Shown here: positions 46,730-57,463 of the stretch, one piece after another
Numbering within the stretch: position 1 is the stretch's first letter
Layout: every line of letters starts with the position of its first letter
Source of the DNA: Rhodospirillales bacterium
GTDB taxonomy: Bacteria > Pseudomonadota > Alphaproteobacteria > Bin95
Assembly: GCA_038143065.1 (NCBI GenBank)
Contig: JAYQLI010000005.1
Span: 1 to 61,206, forward strand
Length of the DNA stretch: 61,206 nt
Direction: 5' to 3'
The notes under the pieces: generated by a model
The model's input: the letters and a program-made list of their open reading frames with translations, nothing else
What the model was told of the DNA's origin: nothing
Databases searched by the model: none
Translations under genes and position numbers: made by a program

Positions 46730-46762
46730 TTTCCCCGGCGCAGAAGTTTGCGTCGGGGAAAA
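46730..46762. terminator. Intergenic hairpin after the SBP gene
   Basis: TTTCCCCGGCGCA...TGCGTCGGGGAAA. Confidence 0.5.
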
Positions 46763-46782
46763 CTACGTTTAAGGAGCGTAGT

Positions 46783-47675
46783 ATGGCAGATCGGTGGGAC
46801 GTAATAACGCTGCAGGTGGAAAATCTTCACCTGCAGATACTTCCGGCATCGGAGGCCGTCTCTGGGATGTCAAATTCCACAACCGGTCTTTGCTGTTTCA
46901 AAACCCCGATTTGATTGGGCTTTCGGTTGATGAGACCAATCTAACAGCTCTGCCCACGCGTTCCCCTCACTTCAAGTTTCCCTTATGGGGCGGTGAAAAA
47001 ACATGGATTGCACCCGACTATCTATGGGCAAAGGGCGCGCCTTACACTGCCCTTGATAGCGCGCCATTTCAAATCACCTCTCTCAGTGCAACCCATATCG
47101 AGCTTGAAAGCCCGGTTTGCCCAATATCGCATCTTTCGGTGAAGCGCCGTATCGATGTGGTTTCAGCCCAGCGATGGACGATCCGGCATCACGTCCAAAA
47201 CCATGGCTCGTCTGCGCGGCCTACCGGGATATGGTCAGTCATGATGATTGACAGGCCCGCAACGATTGGCGTGGAAATGCAGAAGCCGGATTTTCAGCTT
47301 GTTTTTGGAGCGGTAGGAATCTCGGTCGTTGAGCTTGAGAACAGCTGTATTGCGCGCTGCTTAGAGCCGCAAGAGTTTAAAATTGGTCTGCCAAATCCTG
47401 ATGGAAAATCGCTAATTAAATTTGGCCCAAATGGACCATGGTTAAAATGTTGCGTACCACCTCCACAACCCGGCGATACCTTTGCGCATCAATATCCATT
47501 CGAAGTTTTTAATTCGAAAGATTACCCGTATTGCGAGGCAGAATGGCATTCGCCGATCGCGCTTTTGCAGCCAAACGGCATAATAACCTATCAGCAAGAG
47601 TTTCAATTATGGGCTGATGACGCAACATTTTTTGGCACAGAACATGAGGAAATGATCAGATGCATGTCTTTATAA
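46783..47675 (+). CDS. DUF4380/galactose mutarotase-like protein
   Basis: GIGGRL...LLFQNP; WGGEKTWIAP; EAEW.SP. Confidence 0.55.
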
Positions 47676-48469
47676 CAGGCGCTGGGGGCCATCTGGGGCG
47701 CAAATTGTTTGATACACTTGAGCAAGAGACAGGTTTTCATGTTTCGGGCATTGATCTCCGCCCAGTCGATCACCCAAGAATATACACCGCTGATCTTTCA
47801 GAAGATCACAGTTGGATTGAATACCTGACGGGCGTAGATGTCATCGTGCATTTGGCGGGTGACCGAGAACCCACTGCAACATGGGCTTCTGCGATCAAAC
47901 ATAATATGGATGCCACGCTCAGTTTATACCACCACGCTGCGGCCTATGGCGTAAAGCGGGTTATCCTTGCCAGTTCCAATTGGATCCATGGCGATAAGCG
48001 GTTTACGGACGATATATTGAACGGCTCCACCGCCCCAGGGCCTATTAATGCCTATGGGATGTCAAAGCTTTTTGGCGAAAGGAGCGGCGCTTATTTTGCC
48101 AAATATTACGATATTTCAATCATTTGCCTTCGTATTGGATGGACGCAATGGACGCATAACAATAAGCCCGGGCCCCATATGGCGATGGGCCGTTGGGGAC
48201 AGGAAATGTGGTTGAGCGATCGCGATTTCCTCAATGGTATGAAAGCTGCCATCGCCGCACCAAAGGTGCAGTTTGCAGCGTTGAATTTGATGTCGAACAA
48301 TCCAGGCATGCGCTGGGACCTTGAAGAGACCAAACGCGTTATCGGTTATAATCCGCAAGATGGCAGTCCGGCAGAAGTGCCTTTTTTAATGGCTACTAAA
48401 TCTGCGTTTAAAGCTGTAATCACTTCCAAATTACCGCGGTTTTTCGAAAAGCATTTTCCGCATTGGTAA
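47660..48469 (+). CDS. NAD-dependent epimerase/dehydrogenase (uronate dehydrogenase-like extended SDR)
   Basis: TGAGGHLG; ASSN; YGMSKLFGE; LRIG; WLS.RD. Confidence 0.8.
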   Translation: MHVFITGAGGHLGRKLFDTLEQETGFHVSGIDLRPVDHPRIYTADLSEDHSWIEYLTGVDVIVHLAGDREPTATWASAIKHNMDATLSLYHHAAAYGVKRVILASSNWIHGDKRFTDDILNGSTAPGPINAYGMSKLFGERSGAYFAKYYDISIICLRIGWTQWTHNNKPGPHMAMGRWGQEMWLSDRDFLNGMKAAIAAPKVQFAALNLMSNNPGMRWDLEETKRVIGYNPQDGSPAEVPFLMATKSAFKAVITSKLPRFFEKHFPHW

Positions 48470-48734
48470 AGTGTATAGGGGGTTTATTTTAAATTAAGCC
48501 TGAAACCTCTGTCAAAATTAAACCTAGCCTTGATTTCGGTACAGATCTATTTTGATGGATCAACAGGGCTTGAGCGAAAGCGAATAAATGTTGCAGCTTG
48601 AGCTTGAAAATCGAGGGGCTTTTCAACTTTTGAGGGCGCATAGCTTTTCAGCCAGAAACAGCATGAAGACCTTATAGGCACTTAAGGTGAAAACTTATTA
48701 TTAAATAAAATCAATAATTTATCCTCATTTTTAC

Positions 48735-48763
48735 TTGATTTGCTCTCAGCAATAAAGTATGAT
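48735..48763 (+). promoter_or_regulatory. Putative sigma70 promoter of the primase gene
   Basis: TTGATT-N17-TATGAT. Confidence 0.45.
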
Positions 48764-48959
48764 GCGAAACATCGGACCGCGTGTGCGCGCGATACCCGTG
48801 TTTTAACTGAACCGCACAAGTGCCTACCTGCGGACCCCGCTTCAGGGATACCCGCAAAAGATAATCCCCCCGATAAATAAATGGCAGTGGATTACTTGGA
48901 TAGGCTTTCTTCCCAAACTTATGACACGCGGCGCGTGCCGTGTGTTTAGGAATCTTTTA

Positions 48960-51113
48960 ATGTCAAACATAAACATATGCGCGCAAGACGCCTATCTTGC
49001 ATTGTATCCGCAGTCCAAAAAGCCTGTGGGTGTTAACTGGCCCGATGAGGGTAAGTCACGAGAACAAGCCCTAGCCACAAACGGCAATCTTGGTCTTCTG
49101 CTTGGGCCTAAATCTGACGTCATGGATGTCGATTTAGATTGCCGAGAAGCAAAGGACCTTGCCCAACTGATATTGCCAAAACCTTTTGCCCAGTTCGATA
49201 GAGGAACGTCTGACAGCGGACACTATCTTTATAAGGCTATTACTTGTGGTCCGACGAAGAGGTTTTCTGGCAATGGCCCTAAATCGACGTTGGTCGAACT
49301 ACGCGGAGATGGTTCTCAAACAATGATCCCGCCATCTATCCACCCAGATGGAAGTCGTTTGAACTTCACTGATATCAACCAAGATGCACCTGAAGTTGAA
49401 TATGCTGATTTATTGAAATCGGTGTCGCTTCTAGCTGGTTGCTCTGAGGTCGCCCAACTATGGGTATCAGGTCGAAGGCATGAGCTAGCACTGTCCTTTT
49501 CGGGCCTTTGTCTGAAGCAAAACGTCAACCCTCAACTGCTCATAAATATTATCCAGCGTATTTGTCAGACAATGGGCGACAGGGATGAGCAGGATCGCAT
49601 GAACTGCGTGAGAACTTCTGTTGGCAAACCTCATGACGAACTTCGAGGGTATAATGGCTTAGTGGACTGCATCGGAAAGGCTGCAGCGGATCGTATAGCA
49701 AAGCTTGTTGGACAATACTGCGGTCGAGAAGAAGGATCGTTAGCGGTTATCCAAGAAGCCAAGTCTGAGATTGTTAATTTTGGGCGTTTTGCAGATGGGT
49801 CCAATGTGACAGAGGCAAGATTGAGCGAGGCCTTTGGTCAATGGCTTGATGGAAAAGCAGTGTATGTTTTCCAGACTAGGCAATGGATGATTTGGAATGG
49901 GGCCTATTGGTGCGCTGACGAACGTGGGTTGATGATCAGGTTTGCTTTCAATTTCATAAGAGAATCGAAACAGGCCCTTTTTGATACAGGCAATCACAGT
50001 GCTGCAGGAAACTTATCGTCCTTTGAAAGCCTCAGTAAACTCGAAAACCTTTGCAAATTAGCCGCGACAGATAGAGCTGTTTCACTGAGTGACTTTGATA
50101 CGGATGCAATGCTCTTGGCTGCACCAAACCAGTGGATAGACCTCAAATCTGGGGAAGCATTTGATCCTGATCCATCAATTTTGGTCAGCAAGTTAATAGC
50201 CACGGATTATTGCGCCAAAAGTGAATGCCCAAACTTTGAAGCTTTTCTTGGAGATATTTTTGAGGATGACCTAGATCTGATAGGCTACGTGCAAAGAGCC
50301 ATTGGCTATAGTCTTACTGGCTCAACTTCTGAGCAATGTCTCTTCATTCTGATAGGCGATGGAGCCAACGGAAAATCTACCTTTATAAATGTGATCAACA
50401 AGCTATTGGGTGATTATTCAAAGGCAGCCTCATCTCAAACTCTTGTTGCGAAAGGAAGCTCTTCTATCGGTGATGATTTGGTTGATCTGGTATCGGCTAG
50501 ATTGATCTCGGTAAGTGAAACTGAAGCAGGTGAAGCTCTGGCTGAAGCCAAGATAAAACAGATGACAGGAGGAGATGTTCTTAAAGCTCGCCCGTTATAT
50601 GGAAGCTGGTTGGAATTCAGTATCATTGGGAAGATATTCCTGGCGACTAATAGTCTCCCTCAGATCAATAACACTGATCACGGTATCTGGCGGCGCATAC
50701 ACGCTATACCGTTCAACCGTACCTTTACTGCAGAACAGCAAGACAAAGACCTTGGTATTAAACTGACAGCGGAACTCCCGGCATCCTTAATTGGGCGATC
50801 AAGGGGTGTTTGGATTGGCAAGAGCAAGGCTTGAACCCACCGCAAGTGGTCCTTGACCAAGTCAGGGCTTACAAGACCGAGATGGATAGCATCGCTCAGT
50901 TTATTGAGCAGGAATGTAGCCTAGAGGCAGACACGAAGTATTCAGCTTCTAAGCTGTACGAGGCTTATCGTTTAGTTCTGTCAAGCGCTTGGTCGCAAAC
51001 CGCAGTCCACTAATGCATTTAAAAAAGCCTTAGATAAACTCCCAAATGTTTACCAACACCGCACTTCTAGCGGAATGCAATGGCACGGTATCCAACCGGT
51101 AATCCATCTCTAA
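48960..51113 (+). CDS. Bifunctional primase-polymerase + P4/D5-family SF3 helicase (satellite replication protein)
   Basis: N.GLLLG...DVDLD; GH.LY; IPPSIHPDG; Walker A GDGANGKST; KQMTGGD...AR.LY; D.GIWRR; 3' frameshifts. Confidence 0.9.
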
Positions 51114-51589
51114 CCCTCAACCAATGTAGGTAGTGTAGGCAATGTAGGCATTTTGGAAAACTTTTCTGGGGGAATTCTCTGGGGACTTTTCGGATTTGCC
51201 TACATTGCCTACATTCCCTACACTGTTATCTCCCTTCTTTTACGAGGAAGGGGTAATAATATATAAGTCAAACACCTCGTATAAGCTGGATACACAAGCA
51301 GCCCCCATCCACTGGTCAGATAAAACCGTCAAGACCCGATGAAACGGTCTTATGAGGTTAGTTGACGATTGTTAAATCTAACTCTCAGGTCAGGGTCATG
51401 CACGGTATCCATAAGGGATGCGCTGGCACTCGCGTAGGTGCTCTCTAGCCGTAGTGAATACCGTAGTGGTTTTAATGCCTGATTGACGTTGGCAAGGCGT
51501 ATAGGCCATATTGAAATCACAGGATAAATCAGCCCGGTTAGATGAACATGGCGCCTGTTGGCGGAGCCACAATCCGCCCCCTGGCACCA
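50649..51589 (+). repeat. ~930 bp inverted repeat, right copy
   Basis: Reverse complement of 25608-26539. Confidence 0.9.
51123..51224. other. Putative iteron replication origin
   Basis: AATGTAGGT AGTGTAGGC AATGTAGGC ... TGCCTACAT TGCCTACAT TCCCTACAC immediately after the primase stop; AT-rich tract follows. Confidence 0.65.
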
Positions 51590-51658
51590 CTTTTCACAAT
51601 AACATACTGATATTGTTCTGTTTTCGTTAATGGATGCAGGATCGTAGTTGATGTCGTT
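51571..51658 (+). repeat. tRNA-Phe 3' att core + leader, inverted copy of 52888-52975
   Basis: AATCCGCCCCCTGGCACCA..TTTCACAATAACATACTGATATTGTTCTGTTTTCGTTA...GTAGTTGATGTCGTT. Confidence 0.9.
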
Positions 51659-51664
51659 CGTTGA

Positions 51665-52898
51665 TCAGAGTTTTAACACGATAGCAGACAACCATTTTTG
51701 TTTAAGCTGCAGGCTATAGCCCTGACCATAAGCTGCCCCAATTCCATCAGTACTCCAACCACCAAGTGCATCCGTGAGTTCGATAGGACACTCCACCGCT
51801 CTTAAACGATCTCGGAATGAATGCCTGAAGCTGTGCATCGTGCAATCGGGGTTCGTTTGCTGCTTGAGCCATTTTGATAAAGCAGCGCTTGCACTATTGG
51901 AGTTCGTAGAAACTCCATCGTTGTAGCGTGGGAATAACACCTTTTGAATTCGTTGATTGGTAGGCAAAAGATGAGTAATTCCCCAGCTTGGGAGCTCAGA
52001 CCGTGCCATCCTCCAATCTGAAAGAGCTGATCCAACCAGCGGAATATCCCGCTCATCACTTGCAAAAAACCGTTTTAAGCAGTTCAGGGAATCGCCACGG
52101 CCGGGGCCTGATCGAAATGTGGGGAATATCGCCATCTAATCTGACGTCAGTTTTACTCAGCCCCACGATCTCAGCCATTCTACAACCCGTGTCACTGATG
52201 GCCGCCACGATCCAGCGCAACTCGTCATCTGCGTGCCAGCATTGCTGTTGAACCCTTTGCAAATCATTCAATGGAATAGGCATTCGCTTCTTTGGTCTTA
52301 TGCTTTTATCCACGAACAAGCCCTTAAATGGATTTGAGAGCTCTGACCCTTCTTCTTGAATGGCAAAATTGATCACGGCTTTGATTGTCGTAAGCACACG
52401 AGTGACTGAAGATGGAGCAAGGCCTTTGGCAACAAGATCATCCCGCACGGCTGCTGCATCCTTACGGGAGATTGCAAGCAAAGGTTTATTCCCAATCACT
52501 TTAACGACGTAACCCAAAGCCCGCTCTACAGCACTGTGGAATGTCTTTGGCTTGTTTGAACCTTTGAGCCGTAGGTACATCTCACCAGCCTCAGCCAAGC
52601 TTAAACCTAAAGACTGCTCCACCTTTGCCTGCTCCCGCTGACCCTGATCTCGCAAAGCAACTAAGTGCTGAGCGGGCACTTCGCCGTAAGCAAGCCTGAG
52701 AGAATGCCAATAGGCTTCAAGCTTTGCACTGGCACTGCGAGCTAGAGCCATGGCGTCCCGTGCTGATTTTGTTCTAAGCGAAAAGGAAATCCGATTGGTT
52801 TTGTAATGCTGGCGAACATCCTCAGGGATATACCGCTGCAAGTAATAAATACCATCTTTGCGATAGGTATAAGGCACACTCAACAACAACGACATCAA
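51665..52898 (-). CDS. Tyrosine integrase with DUF6538-like N-terminal domain (one frameshift)
   Basis: YRKDGIYYLQRYIPEDV...SLRTK; DTGCRMAEIVGL; HSFRHSFRDRLR; GGW; YGQGY. Confidence 0.9.
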
Positions 52899-52956
52899 CT
52901 ACAATCCTGCGTCCAATAACGAAAACAGAACAATATCAGTATGTTATTGTGAAAGA

Positions 52957-53001
52957 TGGTGCCCGGGGGCGGATTTGAACCACCGACACGAGGATTTTCA
53001 G
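52957..53001 (-). repeat. 45 bp tRNA-Phe 3' fragment (att site starting at the anticodon loop)
   Basis: Identical to 10245-10289: TGGTGCCCGGGGGCGGATTTGAACCACCGACACGAGGATTTTCAG. Confidence 0.92.
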
Positions 53002-53254
53002 CAGCGATGGCGTTAAATTAACATTTAACTACAATGGTTTATACAATAGTTAATTAGGTGTGCGCGAAGGTGTGTTTTTACTATTTCGTTTGATGTGTAG
53101 AGACCACTGAGTCTTGAACCAATGGCGGAATGCAATTTGATTAGCCATTATAAGATTGCTACTTGTTCTAGCAATCGTGAACAACGTGAATTTCTGACAG
53201 TGCCCTATTTGAGCCCAAATCTCAAAAACACCATATGCATGTTTACTCAAAACC

Positions 53255-53953
53255 CTAGGTTACGGTAACTTCTAAATGGCCAAACGGGGTCCAGTGAAAG
53301 GCGCATAACGTCGCCCTTTTGAACAGGCCCGACACCTGACGGGGTGCCAGAGAGGATAACATCGCCCGGCGCTAGTTCATAATAAGCGCTAGATAGGCAA
53401 TCATGTCTGGAACCTTCCAAATCATTTGATTCAAATTGCCTTCCTGACGAATTTCGCCATTGACCGTTAAGACGATATCACCTTCGGTGGGGTGCCCAAC
53501 ATCCGAAGCTAAGTGCAGCGGTCCACAAGGTGCCGAGTGCTCAAAGGCCTTGCCAATTTCCCATGGGCGGCCCGCTTTTTTCATTTCCCCTTGCCGATCA
53601 CGGCGCGTCATATCAAGGCACAGAGCATATCCATATACATGAGACATAGCATCCGCATACTCGATATTTGTACCGCCTGATTTCAAGGCAACCAGCACTT
53701 CTGCTTCATGATGCACGTCCGAACTTTTAGGAGGATATGGAAAGCGCCCGGTTAAGTTTAAATTATCGGGGTTCTTTTGGAAAAAGAAGGGATCTTCTTT
53801 ATCAGGATCATGCCCCATTTCAACAGCATGCGCTGCATAATTTCGTCCAATACAATAAACACGGCGCACTGGAAAAACTTCATCTTTTCCAACTATAGGC
53901 AGTGTTTGAATTTGCGGTTCTGGTATTGCGTAAAGCGCCATATTTGACTCCAT
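53255..53953 (-). CDS. Fumarylacetoacetate hydrolase family (fumarylpyruvate hydrolase-like)
   Basis: FPVRRVYCIGRNYAAHAVEMG; HHEAE; DMTRRD.Q; RPWEIGK. Confidence 0.9.
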
Positions 53954-53961
53954 AATGTAGT

Positions 53962-54082
53962 TACCAATTGTATTTTAAATTAAACCAATCGCAACCAATT
54001 TAATACTTATTGACAATTTGAAAATATTTTGCAACCAATTTTACAGAAAAGATAAAAATATTGGTAAATTGGTCGACCAAAT
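53962..54082. promoter_or_regulatory. FadR-type operator cluster in a divergent promoter
   Basis: Several ACCAAT/ATTGGT half sites and the palindrome TTGGTCGACCAA next to the regulator start. Confidence 0.5.
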
Positions 54083-54793
54083 GAATGATTCATATGATAC
54101 GCAGAGCAATAGATTGGTCGAATTACAACCGGGATATAGCACCGTTGAGAAGCTGAAATCATTGATTGCCAGTGAAAATTTTGCGCCGGGCACCCGTCAC
54201 CATCTGAACGCGATTTGACCAGTCGCTTTAAGATCACCAGAGCTAATTTACGCAAAGCCTTTGATATTTTGGAACGCGAGGGGGTTATTTGGAGGCATGT
54301 TGGCAAAGGGACATTTATTGCAGAGCCTAATTCTGAAAAATCGATTTTGAATATATCGGAACTGGTTAATGAGCTGACACCCGTTCAATTGCTGCGAGCG
54401 CGTTTATCGATTGAACCTGCGATCGCACGTGAAGCTGCAATTCACGCATCAGAAGCAGATGTATCTCGCATTGATGCTGCGTGTAATGCCGCGTCTAATG
54501 CGACCTCGTGGTCAGAATATGAACGTGCGGATGACCTATTGCACCATGAAATTGCTGCAGCAGCACAAAATCCACTTTTAATGTCAATGTTTGAATATTT
54601 AAACGCGGTTCGGCGTGCCGTGTCTTGGAATAAGGTGGTGCGCAGCAGCGATCGCCCAGCTTCTGACCATGACAGCTTTGCCGAGCATAAAAGAATTTTC
54701 GCAGCGATTGAGGGACGAAACGCCAATGAAGCACAAGCCGCGATGCGCACGCATCTAATCTCAGTTTCAAAACGTCTTTTTGGGGATGATTGA
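54081..54793 (+). CDS. FadR/GntR family regulator
   Basis: LRKAFDILEREGVIWRHVGKGTF; FCD domain D..LH..IA.A..N. Confidence 0.88.
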
Positions 54794-54865
54794 GCACTCA
54801 ACTCAGCAAGAGAAAAAGCAAAAGCAACCTTGCCATCACACGTAACGCTTCCTGGGAGGAGTAAC

Positions 54866-55839
54866 ATGATAAATTTTTTTAAAAAGACCGTAAAGTTTGC
54901 GGCTGCTATCCCAATTGCCCTGTCGTTTGCAATTGGCGCTGCTCAAGCTGAAAAAATTAAAATTGCGCTGGCAGAAGCACCATCAGATGAACTTGCTGCA
55001 TTCTTTGTTGCTCTTGATCGCGCGCGGGCGAATGGCTTAGATTATGAATGGACAGCATTTTCTGATGAGGAACTGGCGATCCAAGCTGTGCTTAGTGGGC
55101 AAATGGATATTGGATTTGGAACACCATATGCAGCCATGCAAAGATCAAAGGCACCTCTGCGCATAATATTCCAACTTTCAAAGTTGAAATTTTTCCCGTC
55201 ACCACGACCAAATACGCGTCGCTGAAAGATCTAGATGGTGAACCGATTTTATTACATTCAAGAGGCGGCGGCACTGACTCAATCGCAAATGTGATTGAAG
55301 ACCGGCTTGGGATGCAGTTTGGCAAGCGCTCATACGTGCCAGGATCGTCTAATCGCGTTGCTGCGCTGCTGGGTGGGCGCGCAGATGCAACCATTATTGA
55401 CCTGTCAAACAAGAATAAACTCATGCGCAGCGAAGCTGGCGAAAACTTCAATGTGTTAGAAATGTTTGAGGTAGAGGCCAGTGATGAGGCCTTATTTGGA
55501 AATCTTGACTGGATTAAAAATAACGAAAAAGACGTTGATATTTTTGTGACCGCGCTTTTGTCTGTTTGGCAAGATCTTCATAAAGATCCAACGATAATCC
55601 GTCGTGAGACCAATCCTGATGGACCAATCGGTCAATTGCCCCTGAAATCTTGGCAGAGCTTGATGGGTTTTACACCGATGCCGTAGCAGGCGGTCTATAC
55701 GATCCTAATGGGGGGGCGAAAAGCTGCAAATGCCGATATGGAATGGTATTCTGCTGCTGGCCAACTTGAGGGCAGCGCCAGTGATTTGAATATCGAGGAT
55801 TTCTGGTATTTGGCACCGCTTGATAAAGCATCACAGTAA
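54866..55839 (+). CDS. NitT/TauT-family ABC substrate-binding protein (frameshifted)
   Basis: Signal peptide; operon with NitT-type permeases and ATPase. Confidence 0.75.
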
Positions 55840-55903
55840 TTTTGCGAAAACTTTGGTTGCGCTTAAAATTGGCGCAACCAATTCCTATAGACGGATTAAA
55901 TAA

Positions 55904-56665
55904 ATGCAAAATCGAGCCTTCATATTAAAATTGTTTTCTGCTTTTGCCCTTTGCGTTGCATGGGAAATTGCAGGAAGAGTTCCTGTAAGCTACGCGTTTC
56001 CTACGTTTTTGGAATCAATGTCGGCGCTGATGGAAATGACCGCAGATGGAAGGCTGTTCGAGGCATATGCAGAAACATTGCGCCCTTTAATAATTGGTAT
56101 CGCCATTTCTGCCGTTATTGGAATTATCGTGGGATTATGGGTCGGTTTGAGCCAATTTTTTGACTGGCTATTTTCGCCAATCTTTATCGTCATGCAAGCC
56201 GCGCCATTAGCTGCTTTGATCCCGCTTCTCGTTTTGGCATATGGCATTGGTCTCACGTCAAAAGTGATTGTTGTCTGCATCATGTCAATGCCCGTGATAG
56301 TTCTAAATACTAGTGGCGCCGTGAAAAATACCCCCTGAGTCCTTAAAAGAAATGGGCATATCTTTTCTTGCATCGCGGTTGTCCGTTATATCTCGGATCA
56401 TCATTCCGGCGGCATCTCCGGTCATTTTCGCCGGTCTCCGACTTGGCATATCGGCAGGGTTCATTGGAGCTATTTTAGCCGAACTGAAAATCACCCCCAC
56501 TGGTGTTGGTGATATTATAACTTACAGCCGCTCGATCGCAGATTATCCATCTATGTATGCTGCTATTTTTTCAATTATTGTGCTGTCAGTTTTGTTTTTA
56601 AACCTCTTGATAAAGTAGAAACCCTTCTCTTCAAAGGAAACGAGCGTGGTTATGTCTCAGATTAG
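55904..56665 (+). CDS. NitT/TauT-family ABC permease
   Basis: P.AALIPL; IIPAASPVIFAGLRLG; one internal stop/frameshift. Confidence 0.85.
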
Positions 56666-57452
56666 AAATATTGATAAAGATCCTCAAAGCCCTGAAAAAC
56701 CAATAGCCGTTTCCGTCGATAATATTTCAAAAAATTATGGAAATGTTGAGGCTTTGAAGGATATGTCTTTAAAATTTCCAAAGGGTGAATTGACTTCACT
56801 ATTGGGTCCTTCGGGATGCGGTAAAACAACCTTATTGAAAATCATTGCGGGATTGCTTGAGCCGAGTTCTGGAACGGTAACGGTGAATGACAGGCGCGTC
56901 ACCGGTCCAGGAACAGACCGCGCATTTGTATTTCAAGATTTTGCGCTGATGCCTTGGGCGTCCGTTTTGAAAAATGTCTCATTTGGGCTTGAAATGCGAG
57001 GTGTCGATAAAACTGAGCGCGAAGGAATTGCCCAGAATTACATCAAAGAAGTTGGTTCTACAGGGTTTTGAAAATAGTTTCCCGCATGAATTATCTGGCG
57101 GTATGCGTCAAGGGTCGGTTTGGCCCGTGCGTTGGCTGTTGATGCAGATGTACTGTTGATGGATGAGCCCTTTTCAGCCGTCGATGAGCAAACGCGCCGT
57201 AAGTTTCAAGAAGACTTGTTGCAGCTTGTTGAAAGCAAAAACAAAACATTTATTTTCGTGACGCATTCTATCGAAGAAGCTGTTTATGTATCGGACCAAA
57301 TTGCTATCTTATTGCCTCGCCCAAGCCGCGTGTCGGAAATTATCAGACCGTCAAATTTTCGGGCAAAAGGAGTTGATGCAATACGACGGGACTCTGAATA
57401 TCTTGATATCGTTGATGATATTTGGACGTCTTTACGCAGTTACGTTGAATAG
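56652..57452 (+). CDS. NitT/TauT-family ABC ATP-binding protein
   Basis: GPSGCGKTT; VFQDFALMPW; ELSGGMRQ; MDEPFSAVD. Confidence 0.9.
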
Positions 57453-57463
57453 GAAAGCCGCGC

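Larger units (their letters stand above)
25608..52975 (-). mobile_element. ~27 kb tRNA-Phe-integrated satellite/tycheposon-like element with catabolic cargo
   Basis: Direct att cores at 25608 and 52957; integrase next to att; primase-helicase and ori; no capsid or conjugation genes. Confidence 0.7.

Noticed and set aside
29603-46804. Many long antisense ORFs (e.g. 29603-30250, 33257-33865, 43843-44427)
   Set aside because: They are shadows of well-supported genes on the opposite strand.
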